A stretch of DNA of 64,000 nt from a virus (IMGVR_UViG_3300005512_000002:64001-128000), one strand, 5' to 3'; counted from the first letter of the stretch, positions 20,265 through 27,315 are shown. Made by a program: numbers and translations. The notes: a model not told the origin generated them from the sequence alone.

Positions 20265-20350
20265 TGCGCCCGGGAGGAGTCGAACCTCCAAAGTCCGATG
20301 GACGGCTGCTTTACAGGCAGTTGACCTCAGCCACATGGTCGTGCGGACGC
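20265..20350 (-). tRNA. tRNA-Tyr(GTA)
   Basis: Loop CTGTAAA, long variable arm, A73; 3-nt CAC linker before D stem. Confidence 0.85.
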
Positions 20351-20368
20351 AGAGAATAAAAAGGCAAG

Positions 20369-20456
20369 CGGAAGGCGGAGGACTTGAACCCCTAGCCCTT
20401 GCAGGCTTCACCGGTTTTCGAGACCGGGGCCGCGCCCGGTGGCGACATCACCTTCC
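20369..20456 (-). tRNA. tRNA-Ser(CGA), 8/4 fold
   Basis: GGAAGGTG/CGCCTTCC 8-bp acceptor, GGGG/CCTC 4-bp T stem, loop CTCGAAA, long variable arm, G73. Confidence 0.85.
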
Positions 20457-20668
20457 GAATCGTAAAGCATCTGGTACTCGTACTGGCTCAAGGTCCCCGG
20501 TGGTAGATCGGCCACAGCCAGAATTGCTTCGCATATCCGTCGTCGCACGGTCAGTGTGCGTTCGATCATAAACCGGCAGTGCAGGGCCAGGACCAGGTCG
20601 ATCGGCTCACCGTGGGCCATGGCCAGGATCTCAGGCACATTGGATGGCAAGGCGAAGGCGAAGGTCAT
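20408..20668 (-). CDS. Hypothetical protein (86 aa)
   Basis: ATGA overlap with upstream gene; 3' end runs into tRNA-Ser(CGA). Confidence 0.5.
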   Translation of the reverse strand: MTFAFALPSNVPEILAMAHGEPIDLVLALHCRFMIERTLTVRRRICEAILAVADLPPGTLSQYEYQMLYDSEGDVATGRGPGLENR

Positions 20669-20907
20669 GACATAGGTGGTATCGGGATCTGCCCGAAGTC
20701 GTCATTGCTCAAACAGTCTTCAAGCATTCGCCGCATCACGCATGATTGCTCAATCTGCGATAGCAGCAGGGCCAAGGTCTCGGCATCCATGATCTCAGCC
20801 AGGCCCATCGTTCGGCACTGGCGAATCAGCAGGTCCACGATCACCCGCTTGCCTTGCGGGGTGCTGGCCCGGCTGATCCAGTTGTCCCACTGCTTCTTGC
20901 GGTCCAT
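20665..20907 (-). CDS. Hypothetical protein (80 aa)
   Basis: Protein-like composition; ATGA overlap with next gene. Confidence 0.6.
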   Translation of the reverse strand: MDRKKQWDNWISRASTPQGKRVIVDLLIRQCRTMGLAEIMDAETLALLLSQIEQSCVMRRMLEDCLSNDDFGQIPIPPMS

Positions 20908-21151
20908 GTTCAGCCTCGCAGGTTTGGCAGACCAGCTTATCCAGCTTGCCGCGCACGGTCAGCATGCCGGTCGGTTCCCAGTGCACCCGCAACTCGCGGA
21001 TGATGTACGGGCCCTGTTGTTCATGAAAGTCGCGTGCCTTGATGACCATGTTGAGAATAGCCTGTAGGCCGCGCTCCGGTTCGTCATGGACAACGCTCGC
21101 GGGTATGCCGCAGTCGATGTTTTCCGGGACTTCAATCCGTTTCAGACTCAT
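20795..21151 (-). CDS. Hypothetical protein (118 aa)
   Basis: ATGA overlap with thermonuclease stop; 3' 113 nt overlap the next ORF. Confidence 0.5.
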   Translation of the reverse strand: MSLKRIEVPENIDCGIPASVVHDEPERGLQAILNMVIKARDFHEQQGPYIIRELRVHWEPTGMLTVRGKLDKLVCQTCEAEHGPQEAVGQLDQPGQHPARQAGDRGPADSPVPNDGPG

Positions 21152-21615
21152 GGTTTTCTCGCTGGCTCCTGGCGGAACTGGTCTTGGGCCTGCTCGAACC
21201 GGGCGGTGTACTTGCCCGTGCCGTACTTGGTCCAGAACTCACTGTGGCCCAGTCTCACCATCTCGACGTTGACATTGCGGCCCCGGGCCCAGACGTAGGC
21301 CAGCAGGCGTCCGAAGTAATCACGGGTTGGCGCGCCGTCGGATTCCGGGGGCTCGAACTCCAGAACCACCGGCTGGTCACCGATCAGGTACTTGAGGGTC
21401 TGGGTCGCTTCGGTGTAGCCCGGCTCCCCTTTCTCGGGGGTGTCGATCCGCAGCAGCCGGACGTATTCCAGCTTGCCCTGGTAAAGCACACGGATGGTGT
21501 CCCCATCGACCACCTTGACCACCGGGTACGTGGGCCGGGGCGTGGGACTGGCCGCACACCCGACCGGCAGCACCCCCGCAAGCAAGAACAACGGCAGGAG
21601 CAGGGCTTTACGCAT
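21148..21615 (-). CDS. Thermonuclease (SNase-family) lipoprotein
   Basis: VVDGDT, VRLLRIDTPE and DYFGRLLAYV motifs; signal peptide ending LPVGC. Confidence 0.92.
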   Translation of the reverse strand: MRKALLLPLFLLAGVLPVGCAASPTPRPTYPVVKVVDGDTIRVLYQGKLEYVRLLRIDTPEKGEPGYTEATQTLKYLIGDQPVVLEFEPPESDGAPTRDYFGRLLAYVWARGRNVNVEMVRLGHSEFWTKYGTGKYTARFEQAQDQFRQEPARKP

Positions 21616-21651
21616 ACTGATGGTATCGGCCCCGGGACGTTGGCGCTTGAG

Positions 21652-21685
21652 CTTCCGGGGGAGCTTCCGGGGGAACTTCCGGGGG
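21652..21685. repeat. Three tandem 12-bp CTTCCGGGGG-containing units
   Basis: Direct reading; between tRNA-Ser(GCT) 3' end and SNase start. Confidence 0.95.
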
Positions 21686-21689
21686 AAAG

Positions 21690-21778
21690 CGGAAGACGGT
21701 GGACTTGAACCACAGACGCCATATGGCGCCCCACCCGGTTAGCAGCCGGGGCCGCACCCAGTGCGCGATTCATCTTCC
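21690..21778 (-). tRNA. tRNA-Ser(GCT), 8/4 fold
   Basis: GGAAGATG/CGTCTTCC 8-bp acceptor, GTGG/CCAC 4-bp T stem, loop CTGCTAA, G73. Confidence 0.88.
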
Positions 21779-22110
21779 GGAGAGGTTGGTTGGACCCAGC
21801 GGCGGACACTGATGATCACGCCCTCGGTGGCCAGCATGGCAACGATCGGAATCTCGTCGGTCAGCAGATCCAGCCAGATATACAAATGGCCAAGCTGTTT
21901 GTGTTCTGCCATGGCGAACTGCATGGCTCTCACTGCTGTTCGCAGACTGCGGCCACACCGCCAGGTGGGCACGATGATCCGGGTGGCGGTGGCCATCACC
22001 TGGGGGATCACGCCCACGTCCGGGCAGACCAGGGCCGGTGAGGATTGATCCACCAGAACCTCCAGGTTGTGACCGAACTCACTGTAATCGAAGTGGCTGA
22101 GTCGAATCAT
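21739..22110 (-). CDS. Hypothetical protein (123 aa)
   Basis: GGAG SD; stop lies in the tRNA-Ser(GCT) anticodon loop. Confidence 0.55.
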   Translation of the reverse strand: MIRLSHFDYSEFGHNLEVLVDQSSPALVCPDVGVIPQVMATATRIIVPTWRCGRSLRTAVRAMQFAMAEHKQLGHLYIWLDLLTDEIPIVAMLATEGVIISVRRWVQPTSPEDESRTGCGPGC

Positions 22111-22139
22111 TGCTTTTCTCCAACACCCAAGCAGGGCAA

Positions 22140-22211
22140 AGGGCGGAGCGGGAGTCGAACCCGCGTGATCGGGGTTGCAATCCGATACCTTGGCCGTTCG
22201 GTCATCCGCCC
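22140..22211 (-). tRNA. tRNA-Cys(GCA)
   Basis: Anticodon GCA, U73, 4-nt variable loop. Confidence 0.92.
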
Positions 22212-22531
22212 GAATCGAGTGTGTCGATGCCGCCGAGCAGATCCTGCTCGGTCCACGTGCCCTCCATGGTCATTAGGCCGTACTTTTCAAAGTGCAGTTT
22301 CAATCCCTGCCAGACCTCCTCTACGCCTTGTGATTCGGCGATGGGGTGCCGGTAGCTGAGGAAAAAGCCCGGCAAGGACGTGTAGCACTTGACCGCTGTG
22401 ACCAGCACGGATCTGCCCGTGTCGCCGTCGCGGACAACCGCCATTTTGACGAAGGTAATGCCCACCGCGAGACCCAGTTCGATGAACCGGGCCGGGTCCG
22501 TAAGGCGGTACGGGATGGTGTCCATGCTCAT
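22202..22531 (-). CDS. Hypothetical protein (~109 aa)
   Basis: Start MSMDTIPY by ATGA overlap; stop at tRNA-Cys nt 8-10. Confidence 0.6.
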   Translation of the reverse strand: MSMDTIPYRLTDPARFIELGLAVGITFVKMAVVRDGDTGRSVLVTAVKCYTSLPGFFLSYRHPIAESQGVEEVWQGLKLHFEKYGLMTMEGTWTEQDLLGGIDTLDSGG

Positions 22532-22677
22532 GGTTCCCACGCCTGGCTGACCAGGCGGCTGACCCACAGGGTGAACACCACAATGCTCACCGCCCCACCG
22601 ATGCAGGCCGCCACAATCAGGGGCACCAGCCAGTCGTGCACGGGTGTGCGATACTTGTCGTCAGGCGTGTCGGTCAT
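22528..22677 (-). CDS. Small single-pass membrane protein (49 aa)
   Basis: WLVPLIVAACIGGAVSIVVFTLW hydrophobic segment. Confidence 0.55.
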   Translation of the reverse strand: MTDTPDDKYRTPVHDWLVPLIVAACIGGAVSIVVFTLWVSRLVSQAWEP

Positions 22678-22679
22678 AA

Positions 22680-22752
22680 CTGGCCTCTCAGGATTTGAAC
22701 CTGAAACCTTCCGGTCCAGAGCCGGACGCTCTACCAATTGAGCTACAGGCCA
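22680..22752 (-). tRNA. tRNA-Gln(CTG)
   Basis: U1-A72, loop CTCTGGA, G73. Confidence 0.92.
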
Positions 22753-22765
22753 AAGGGTACCACAA

Positions 22766-22837
22766 TGCGACAGACGGGACTCGAACCCGTGGCCTCCACG
22801 TTGGCAACGTGGCGTTCTGCCACTGAACTACTGTCGC
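22766..22837 (-). tRNA. tRNA-Gly(GCC)
   Basis: Loop TTGCCAA; A73. Confidence 0.93.
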
Positions 22838-22840
22838 CCC

Positions 22841-22876
22841 CGGAAGCTGGCCCGTCGCAAGGCGGGCAGCTTCGGA
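22841..22876. terminator. Hairpin after macro-domain gene, built on the CGGAAG motif
   Basis: cggaagctggcccg...cgggcagcttcgg imperfect inverted repeat; no clear U tract. Confidence 0.4.
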
Positions 22877-23314
22877 TTATTCCATCATCACGATCGTCAC
22901 CCGGTCACCCAGGATAGGCACCAGCAACAGTTCGACATCGCCCCAGGCCAGTCCGCCGTTGGAGCAGCCGGGAGCCGGTAGTATCACGTCCCACACCCGA
23001 TGCTCCTCGATCGCCTGGACTAGACGGTTGGCGCTGTTCACGATAAGTTGCGGGTCCGACGCCTCTCGCCAACGATGCTTGGTGGGAAAGGTGAACAATC
23101 GTTCAGGGGGTAGCAGGTGTACCACGTTGCCGTACTCCCGCACCAGTCGTCCCAGTCTGGCAGCGATGCCGGGATACCGATCGCGGGCCTGTTTGGCGAC
23201 GCCGGCCCCCATGACCAGTTCGCCATTGATCTTGACCACCCCGTTGGTGGTGATCCCCCGCCAACAACCGTCGAAGCGGGGGTCCCACAGGTCCAGGTTG
23301 CGATAGACGTGCAT
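22877..23314 (-). CDS. Macro-domain (ADP-ribose processing) protein
   Basis: TTNG...MGAGVAKQARDRYP, FPTKHRW and PAPGCSNGGLAW motifs. Confidence 0.88.
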   Translation of the reverse strand: MHVYRNLDLWDPRFDGCWRGITTNGVVKINGELVMGAGVAKQARDRYPGIAARLGRLVREYGNVVHLLPPERLFTFPTKHRWREASDPQLIVNSANRLVQAIEEHRVWDVILPAPGCSNGGLAWGDVELLLVPILGDRVTIVMME

Positions 23315-23343
23315 GGTTTAAGCCTCCCTGCCTATTATCGTAA

Positions 23344-23417
23344 CACGTCCACGAGGACTTGAACCTCGAACCTGCGGCTTTGGAGACCGCCGCTCTGCCA
23401 GTTTGAGCTATGGACGT
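23344..23417 (-). tRNA. tRNA-Trp(CCA)
   Basis: Loop CTCCAAA, G73. Confidence 0.93.
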
Positions 23418-23481
23418 AAAGTCGTCAACCGAACCGGCCGATGAAAACCGGTGAACCTCCAAGGGTTCCGTTGTTCATCGA

Positions 23482-23518
23482 CCCCGCCAGGCCCATCCCG
23501 CCCGGCGGGGTTTTTCTT
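23482..23518 (+). terminator. Intrinsic terminator oriented for antisense (+ strand) transcripts
   Basis: CCCCGCCAGGC/GCCCGGCGGGG stem followed by TTTTTCTT. Confidence 0.55.
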
Positions 23519-23524
23519 GAAGCA

Positions 23525-23597
23525 AGCCGCCAGCCGGCCACGATCCGGCAACCTCCGCTTTACGGGAGCGGCGCTCTGCCTCTTGAGCTACGGCGGC
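23525..23597 (-). tRNA. tRNA-Thr(CGT), C33 and A54 variant
   Basis: G1-C72/C2-G71, loop CCCGTAA, T loop ATCGTGG. Confidence 0.82.
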
Positions 23598-23600
23598 GAA

Positions 23601-23673
23601 TACCCCCGGCAGGAGTCGAACCTGCACCTTACGGGTTAAAAGCCCGCTACTCTGCCAATCGAGTTACGGGGGT
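23601..23673 (-). tRNA. tRNA-Lys(TTT)
   Basis: Loop CTTTTAA, A73. Confidence 0.93.
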
Positions 23674-23679
23674 GTGAAG

Positions 23680-23752
23680 TGCCACCGGCAGGAGTTGAAC
23701 CTGCAACGTCCCGATTAAGAGCCGGGTGCTCTGCCAGTTGAGCTACGATGGC
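23680..23752 (-). tRNA. tRNA-Lys(CTT)
   Basis: Loop CTCTTAA, A73. Confidence 0.93.
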
Positions 23753-23753
23753 G

Positions 23754-23830
23754 TGGTGCGCCGGACGGGCCACGATCCCGCAACTTCCAGCTTGGAAGGC
23801 TGGCACTCTGCCCACTTGAGTTACCGGCGC
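23754..23830 (-). tRNA. tRNA-Gly(TCC) with encoded CCA
   Basis: Loop CTTCCAA, T loop ATCGTGG, ends ACCA. Confidence 0.88.
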
Positions 23831-23840
23831 AAAAGAAGAA

Positions 23841-24041
23841 CTACAGCGGGTACCCGTCGTCCTGCACGGCTTGCCAATATCGGCCGGCGTGCTCGATCTC
23901 TGCGATCTGCACCCACAGGCGCCTGAAGGGCCAGACCCGCCGCAAGACCTGGTAGTGTGTGGGACCCATGTTGATGTACGGCGAACGCATGGGGTCGAAG
24001 CTCCAGGCCAGCAGCCACCATTTCCATTTGAACGGACTCAT
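23841..24041 (-). CDS. Hypothetical protein (66 aa)
   Basis: ATGA overlap with upstream gene. Confidence 0.55.
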   Translation of the reverse strand: MSPFKWKWWLLAWSFDPMRSPYINMGPTHYQVLRRVWPFRRLWVQIAEIEHAGRYWQAVQDDGYPL

Positions 24042-24319
24042 AGTTTGGCCGCCCGCTGCTGATCGTCACGCTCCGTCTGGGTCATGCCCCGGGGATTGCC
24101 GAACGGGATGAACTCGTAGTCGAACCAGTCGCAGGTCTGCATGTCCCGGTCCATGGCCTGGCGGCACACCAGGTGCATTTTGTCGCGCTGGAAGTCCCCG
24201 TCGCAGATCCCGCTGGCGAAATGGTACACCTCACCCGGCTCGATGGTCTGGCCGCACCAGGTGCAGCGGTGCGGCTTGCGGGCCTTGGACTGGCGCTGGT
24301 CCAGCAGCACGTAGCTCAC
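24038..24319 (-). CDS. Small putative Zn-binding phage protein
   Basis: GTG start; KARKPHRCTWCGQTIEPGEVY...HLVC motif. Confidence 0.7.
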   Translation of the reverse strand: MSYVLLDQRQSKARKPHRCTWCGQTIEPGEVYHFASGICDGDFQRDKMHLVCRQAMDRDMQTCDWFDYEFIPFGNPRGMTQTERDDQQRAAKL

Positions 24320-24639
24320 GGGTACGGTTCCTTCCACGGCTCGTTGCGCGGGTGCATGATGCACTTGACCACGTCGTCGTCCACGATCACGCGCGGGCTC
24401 TGCACACCCCAGAGAATCCCGTCGTGGGGAATGTCGTGCTCGCGGAGGGTGCGGGCGGTGACGGTCTCGCTGTACTTGGGGTGTTTGGCCCCCCACTCCT
24501 CGTTGCTGCGCCGGGTGATCAGGATCACCTCGTGGCCTTCGGCTTTCAGGTGCTTGAGCCAGGCGATCGCCCCTTCCAGCGGCTCCTGGGTCGAGTGTTT
24601 GAGAATGGTCCCGTCCAGGTCGATGAAGTAGGTGGCCAT
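24316..24639 (-). CDS. HAD-superfamily phosphatase
   Basis: FIDLDGT motif I, ITRR motif II, VIVDDD motif IV. Confidence 0.85.
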   Translation of the reverse strand: MATYFIDLDGTILKHSTQEPLEGAIAWLKHLKAEGHEVILITRRSNEEWGAKHPKYSETVTARTLREHDIPHDGILWGVQSPRVIVDDDVVKCIMHPRNEPWKEPYP

Positions 24640-24675
24640 GCGGCCTGTATCGGCCAGGCCCGGGGGCAAGTTAAA

Positions 24676-24749
24676 TCAGACTGAGTGGATTTGAACCACC
24701 GACCTCCTGGTCCCGAACCAGGCGCTCTGCCAAGCTGAGCTACAGTCTG
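24676..24749 (-). tRNA. tRNA-Pro(CGG)
   Basis: C1-G72, loop TTCGGGA, A73. Confidence 0.95.
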
Positions 24750-24824
24750 TGGGGTGACCGACGGGATTTGAACCCGCGACCGCAGGCTCACAACCTGCTG
24801 TGTTGCCCCTACACCACGGTCACC
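24750..24824 (-). tRNA. tRNA-His(GTG) with G-1 and encoded CCA
   Basis: G-1:C73, loop TTGTGAG, ends CCA. Confidence 0.93.
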
Positions 24825-24833
24825 ATCTGAAAG

Positions 24834-24906
24834 TCAGGCTGGCCGGACTCGAACCGGCGACTTCCCGGCCCCAAACCGGGTGCTCTGCCAACTGAGCTAC
24901 AGCCTG
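24834..24906 (-). tRNA. tRNA-Pro(TGG)
   Basis: C1-G72, loop TTTGGGG, A73. Confidence 0.94.
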
Positions 24907-24974
24907 TGTCCCGCTCCCGCGTAACGGCCGCGACGAAGGCGCGCCTGCCGGCGCAGCCGTTACGCTGGAAACGG

Positions 24975-25583
24975 TCACTCCTGCAATTCCACCGACCAGT
25001 ACGCCTCGTCAACGAACTGGCTCCAGGTCTTCATCCGCTCACGGGGCACCTTGACCGCCACCTTCAGCGGCTGTGGTGGCCGGATCAGCTTCATGCCCGC
25101 TTGTTCGGGCGTGCGGTCGTTCTTGCGCGAGTTGCACTGGATACAACTGCACACGATGTTGTCCCACCGGCTCTTGCCGCCCTGGCTGCGCGGCAGCACG
25201 TGGTCCAGGTTGAGCCGGCTGGTGGGCAGTGTCCGGCCGCAATACTGGCAGGTGTTCTGGTCGCGGGCGTAGACGTTGCGGCGGTTGAACCGGATGCGCC
25301 GCCGCTTGAGCTTGTCGTACTTGAGCAGTCTGACCACGGTGGGGATCAGGATCTTCTGCTTGACCGCCTGTACGAAGACGAACTTCTCGGGCTCGAACCG
25401 CTCGCGGTGCTCGCTAAGCTCAGCCCAGGACTCGAAGTCGTGGCAGGCGTAGTCGCCTTCGGCGTCGATGGCCTCGGCCACGCCCCGCACCATCATGCTC
25501 AAGGCGTCGGCTGCCGTGGCCACCCGCAGGGCGGCCCAGTGCCGGTTGAGCACCATCACCGGCTGGTCGAGAACGAGTTCCAT
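24975..25583 (-). CDS. HNH endonuclease (McrA-like)
   Basis: RDQNTCQYCG...LDHVLPRSQGG...CIQCNSRKNDRTP. Confidence 0.92.
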   Translation of the reverse strand: MELVLDQPVMVLNRHWAALRVATAADALSMMVRGVAEAIDAEGDYACHDFESWAELSEHRERFEPEKFVFVQAVKQKILIPTVVRLLKYDKLKRRRIRFNRRNVYARDQNTCQYCGRTLPTSRLNLDHVLPRSQGGKSRWDNIVCSCIQCNSRKNDRTPEQAGMKLIRPPQPLKVAVKVPRERMKTWSQFVDEAYWSVELQE

Positions 25584-25606
25584 CGGACACCTCACTTTCA
25601 CAACAG

Positions 25607-25680
25607 TGGAGCCAGTGGGATTTGAACCCACGACCTTCTGCGTGCCACGCAGACGCTCTCCCAGGCTGAGCTATGGCCCC
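25607..25680 (-). tRNA. tRNA-Ala(GGC)
   Basis: G3:U70, loop GTGGCAC, A73. Confidence 0.93.
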
Positions 25681-25883
25681 ATGTCAACAGGTTTGTACTG
25701 GGTCTGGCGCGTGGTCTTCCAGCCCCGGCCCCGGTTGGCCTTGGGGATGTCGTCCCAGGCGTCGGGCAGTTGCCGGGGCCGCCGTTTGCCCCGCACGCGG
25801 TACGGGACGGTCTGGTAGTCCTGGTTGGCCCGCTTTTCCTGGGTGGATCGCGGGCGACGGTAGTACAGCTTGAACCACTGCAT
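25671..25883 (-). CDS. Small basic phage protein (70 aa)
   Basis: AGGAG SD; YRRPRSTQEKR...LPDAWDDI...WK...QY motif; stop at tRNA-Ala nt 8-10. Confidence 0.75.
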   Translation of the reverse strand: MQWFKLYYRRPRSTQEKRANQDYQTVPYRVRGKRRPRQLPDAWDDIPKANRGRGWKTTRQTQYKPVDMGP

Positions 25884-25909
25884 GGTGATCTCCTAAGCGC
25901 GGCATGCGC

Positions 25910-25942
25910 CTAAAAGACCGTGCTACGGAATCGTGTCACCAT
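25910..25942 (-). CDS. Candidate 10-aa leader peptide MVTRFRSTVF
   Basis: AAGGAGG 6 nt before ATG, downstream of a promoter-like motif; too short to verify. Confidence 0.3.
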   Translation of the reverse strand: MVTRFRSTVF

Positions 25943-25962
25943 GATCCGCCTCCTTTCCTGAT

Positions 25963-25993
25963 GATGTTACGGCTACCGGAAGCCTTGATTCAC
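25963..25993 (-). promoter_or_regulatory. GTGAATC-N13-GCCGTAACATC promoter-like motif
   Basis: Same -35-like block and spacing as the copies at 30927 and 55980. Confidence 0.6.
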
Positions 25994-26023
25994 GCCCGGC
26001 TAACTTCCGGGGGCGGGGGAAAG

Positions 26024-26096
26024 TGGACCCGGAGGGGATCGAACCCTCAACCTCCTGCGTGCAAAGCAGGTGCTCTCCCAGTTGCGCTACGAGCCC
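26024..26096 (-). tRNA. tRNA-Ala(TGC)
   Basis: G3:U70, loop TTTGCAC. Confidence 0.94.
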
Positions 26097-26107
26097 ATGA
26101 AAACCAA

Positions 26108-26192
26108 TGTCGTCGGAGGGAGTCGAACCCTCAGCGCCCTTACGGGCACCAGCACCTCAAGCTGGCGTGTTTGCCAATTTCACCACGACGAC
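26108..26192 (-). tRNA. tRNA-Leu(GAG)
   Basis: Loop TTGAGGT, long variable arm, A73. Confidence 0.93.
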
Positions 26193-26203
26193 AAAACGTC
26201 AAG

Positions 26204-26278
26204 TAGCCCCGGGTGGAGTCGAACCACCAAGCGGCTGAGTTTGAGTCAGCCAGGTTTGCCAGTTTCCGTCACGGGGCC
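26204..26278 (-). tRNA. tRNA-Leu(CAA) lacking the long variable arm
   Basis: GCTGA-CTCAAAC-TCAGC, 5-nt variable region, Leu-type D loop, A73. Confidence 0.8.
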
Positions 26279-26348
26279 CCCGGAAGTTTTCCCATGGCAT
26301 TTGCTGATCCACTGGAAAACTTCCAGTATTTCGACACAGACAGTCAAG

Positions 26349-26435
26349 TACCCACGGCAGGAGTCGAACCTGCAGAGCCCCTCACGGGGCACCTGGACCT
26401 GAGCCAGGCGCGTCTGCCAATTCCGCCACGTGGGC
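26349..26435 (-). tRNA. tRNA-Leu(CAG)
   Basis: Loop CTCAGGT, long variable arm. Confidence 0.94.
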
Positions 26436-26449
26436 ACATGGTAGCAAAG

Positions 26450-26523
26450 TCGGGCTGAGTGGATTTGAACCACCGACCTCGTGACCCCCAGTCACGCGCG
26501 CTGCCAAGCTGCGCTACAGCCCG
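26450..26523 (-). tRNA. tRNA-Pro(GGG)
   Basis: C1-G72, loop CTGGGGG. Confidence 0.94.
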
Positions 26524-27107
26524 TCCCCGGAAGTGGCCGAAGCCACCTGTTCATTGCTTTCGACACCGAGTAATCGGTAGCTCAGATTCCGTCCTACCGC
26601 TCCGAGCACCCGCCGGCCCTCGCCGGGCAGCAGGCAGGCGTGGGCCTTGACCGGGCGCAGGCTTTCGGGCATCCAGCCGTGCGGCTTGACCAGCACGACG
26701 CCCCAGTATCTGGGCAGGCCGCGTTCGGCCAGCCAGGTCACCAGCTTGCGACGCTCGTCGCGGCTCCGCAGGGCCGCCGGCGAGTCGAACCAGATCTCGG
26801 TGTTGAGTGCCAGGTAGCAGTGGGTGGCCACCTGGCTGTAGCCGTGCATCTTGCGGGCCCGCAGGTCTGCCAGCAGGTCGCTGCGGGAAGTCTTGCACTC
26901 GACCACGCAGATCTTGTCGTGCTCGCCCAGCTTCACACCCAGGGCGTCCATCTGGATGCCCTTCCAGTGGTAATGAATCCGGCCGTTCCAGCCACAACGG
27001 TAGGGCTCGCCGCGCACCTGCATGCCGACCTCGTAGCTGACCAGGTCCATCTTGACCCGGTGCAGCAGCCAGGTAGCCATGGCCTTGCACATCGCCCGGT
27101 GGTCCAT
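26514..27107 (-). CDS. MmcB-like PD-(D/E)XK nuclease-fold protein
   Basis: MDALG...VVECKTSRSDLLAD...K...Y...ATHCYLA and LPRYWGVV motifs. Confidence 0.7.
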   Translation of the reverse strand: MDHRAMCKAMATWLLHRVKMDLVSYEVGMQVRGEPYRCGWNGRIHYHWKGIQMDALGVKLGEHDKICVVECKTSRSDLLADLRARKMHGYSQVATHCYLALNTEIWFDSPAALRSRDERRKLVTWLAERGLPRYWGVVLVKPHGWMPESLRPVKAHACLLPGEGRRVLGAVGRNLSYRLLGVESNEQVASATSGDGL

Positions 27108-27128
27108 GGTCTGGCTATCGGCCCAAAG

Positions 27129-27201
27129 CGTACCCGGCTGGAGTCGAACCGGCAGCCTCGACCTTCGGAGGGTCGCGCTCTTCCTGTTGAGCTACGGGTA
27201 C
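27129..27201 (-). tRNA. tRNA-Arg(CCG)
   Basis: Loop CTCCGAA, A20, G73. Confidence 0.94.
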
Positions 27202-27236
27202 CCCCGGAAGCCGCCCTGTGGCAACTTCCAGGCAAG

Positions 27237-27310
27237 TACGGCCGGCAGGGATCGAACCTGCATACCTGCGGGATAGAAGCCCGCCGCTCGTCCGGTTGAG
27301 CTACGGCCGC
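27237..27310 (-). tRNA. tRNA-Arg(TCT)
   Basis: Loop CTTCTAT, A20. Confidence 0.92.
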
Positions 27311-27315
27311 ATGAA

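Noticed and set aside
20079-21685. CRISPR array
   Set aside because: Repeats are 12-bp tandem units without spacers.
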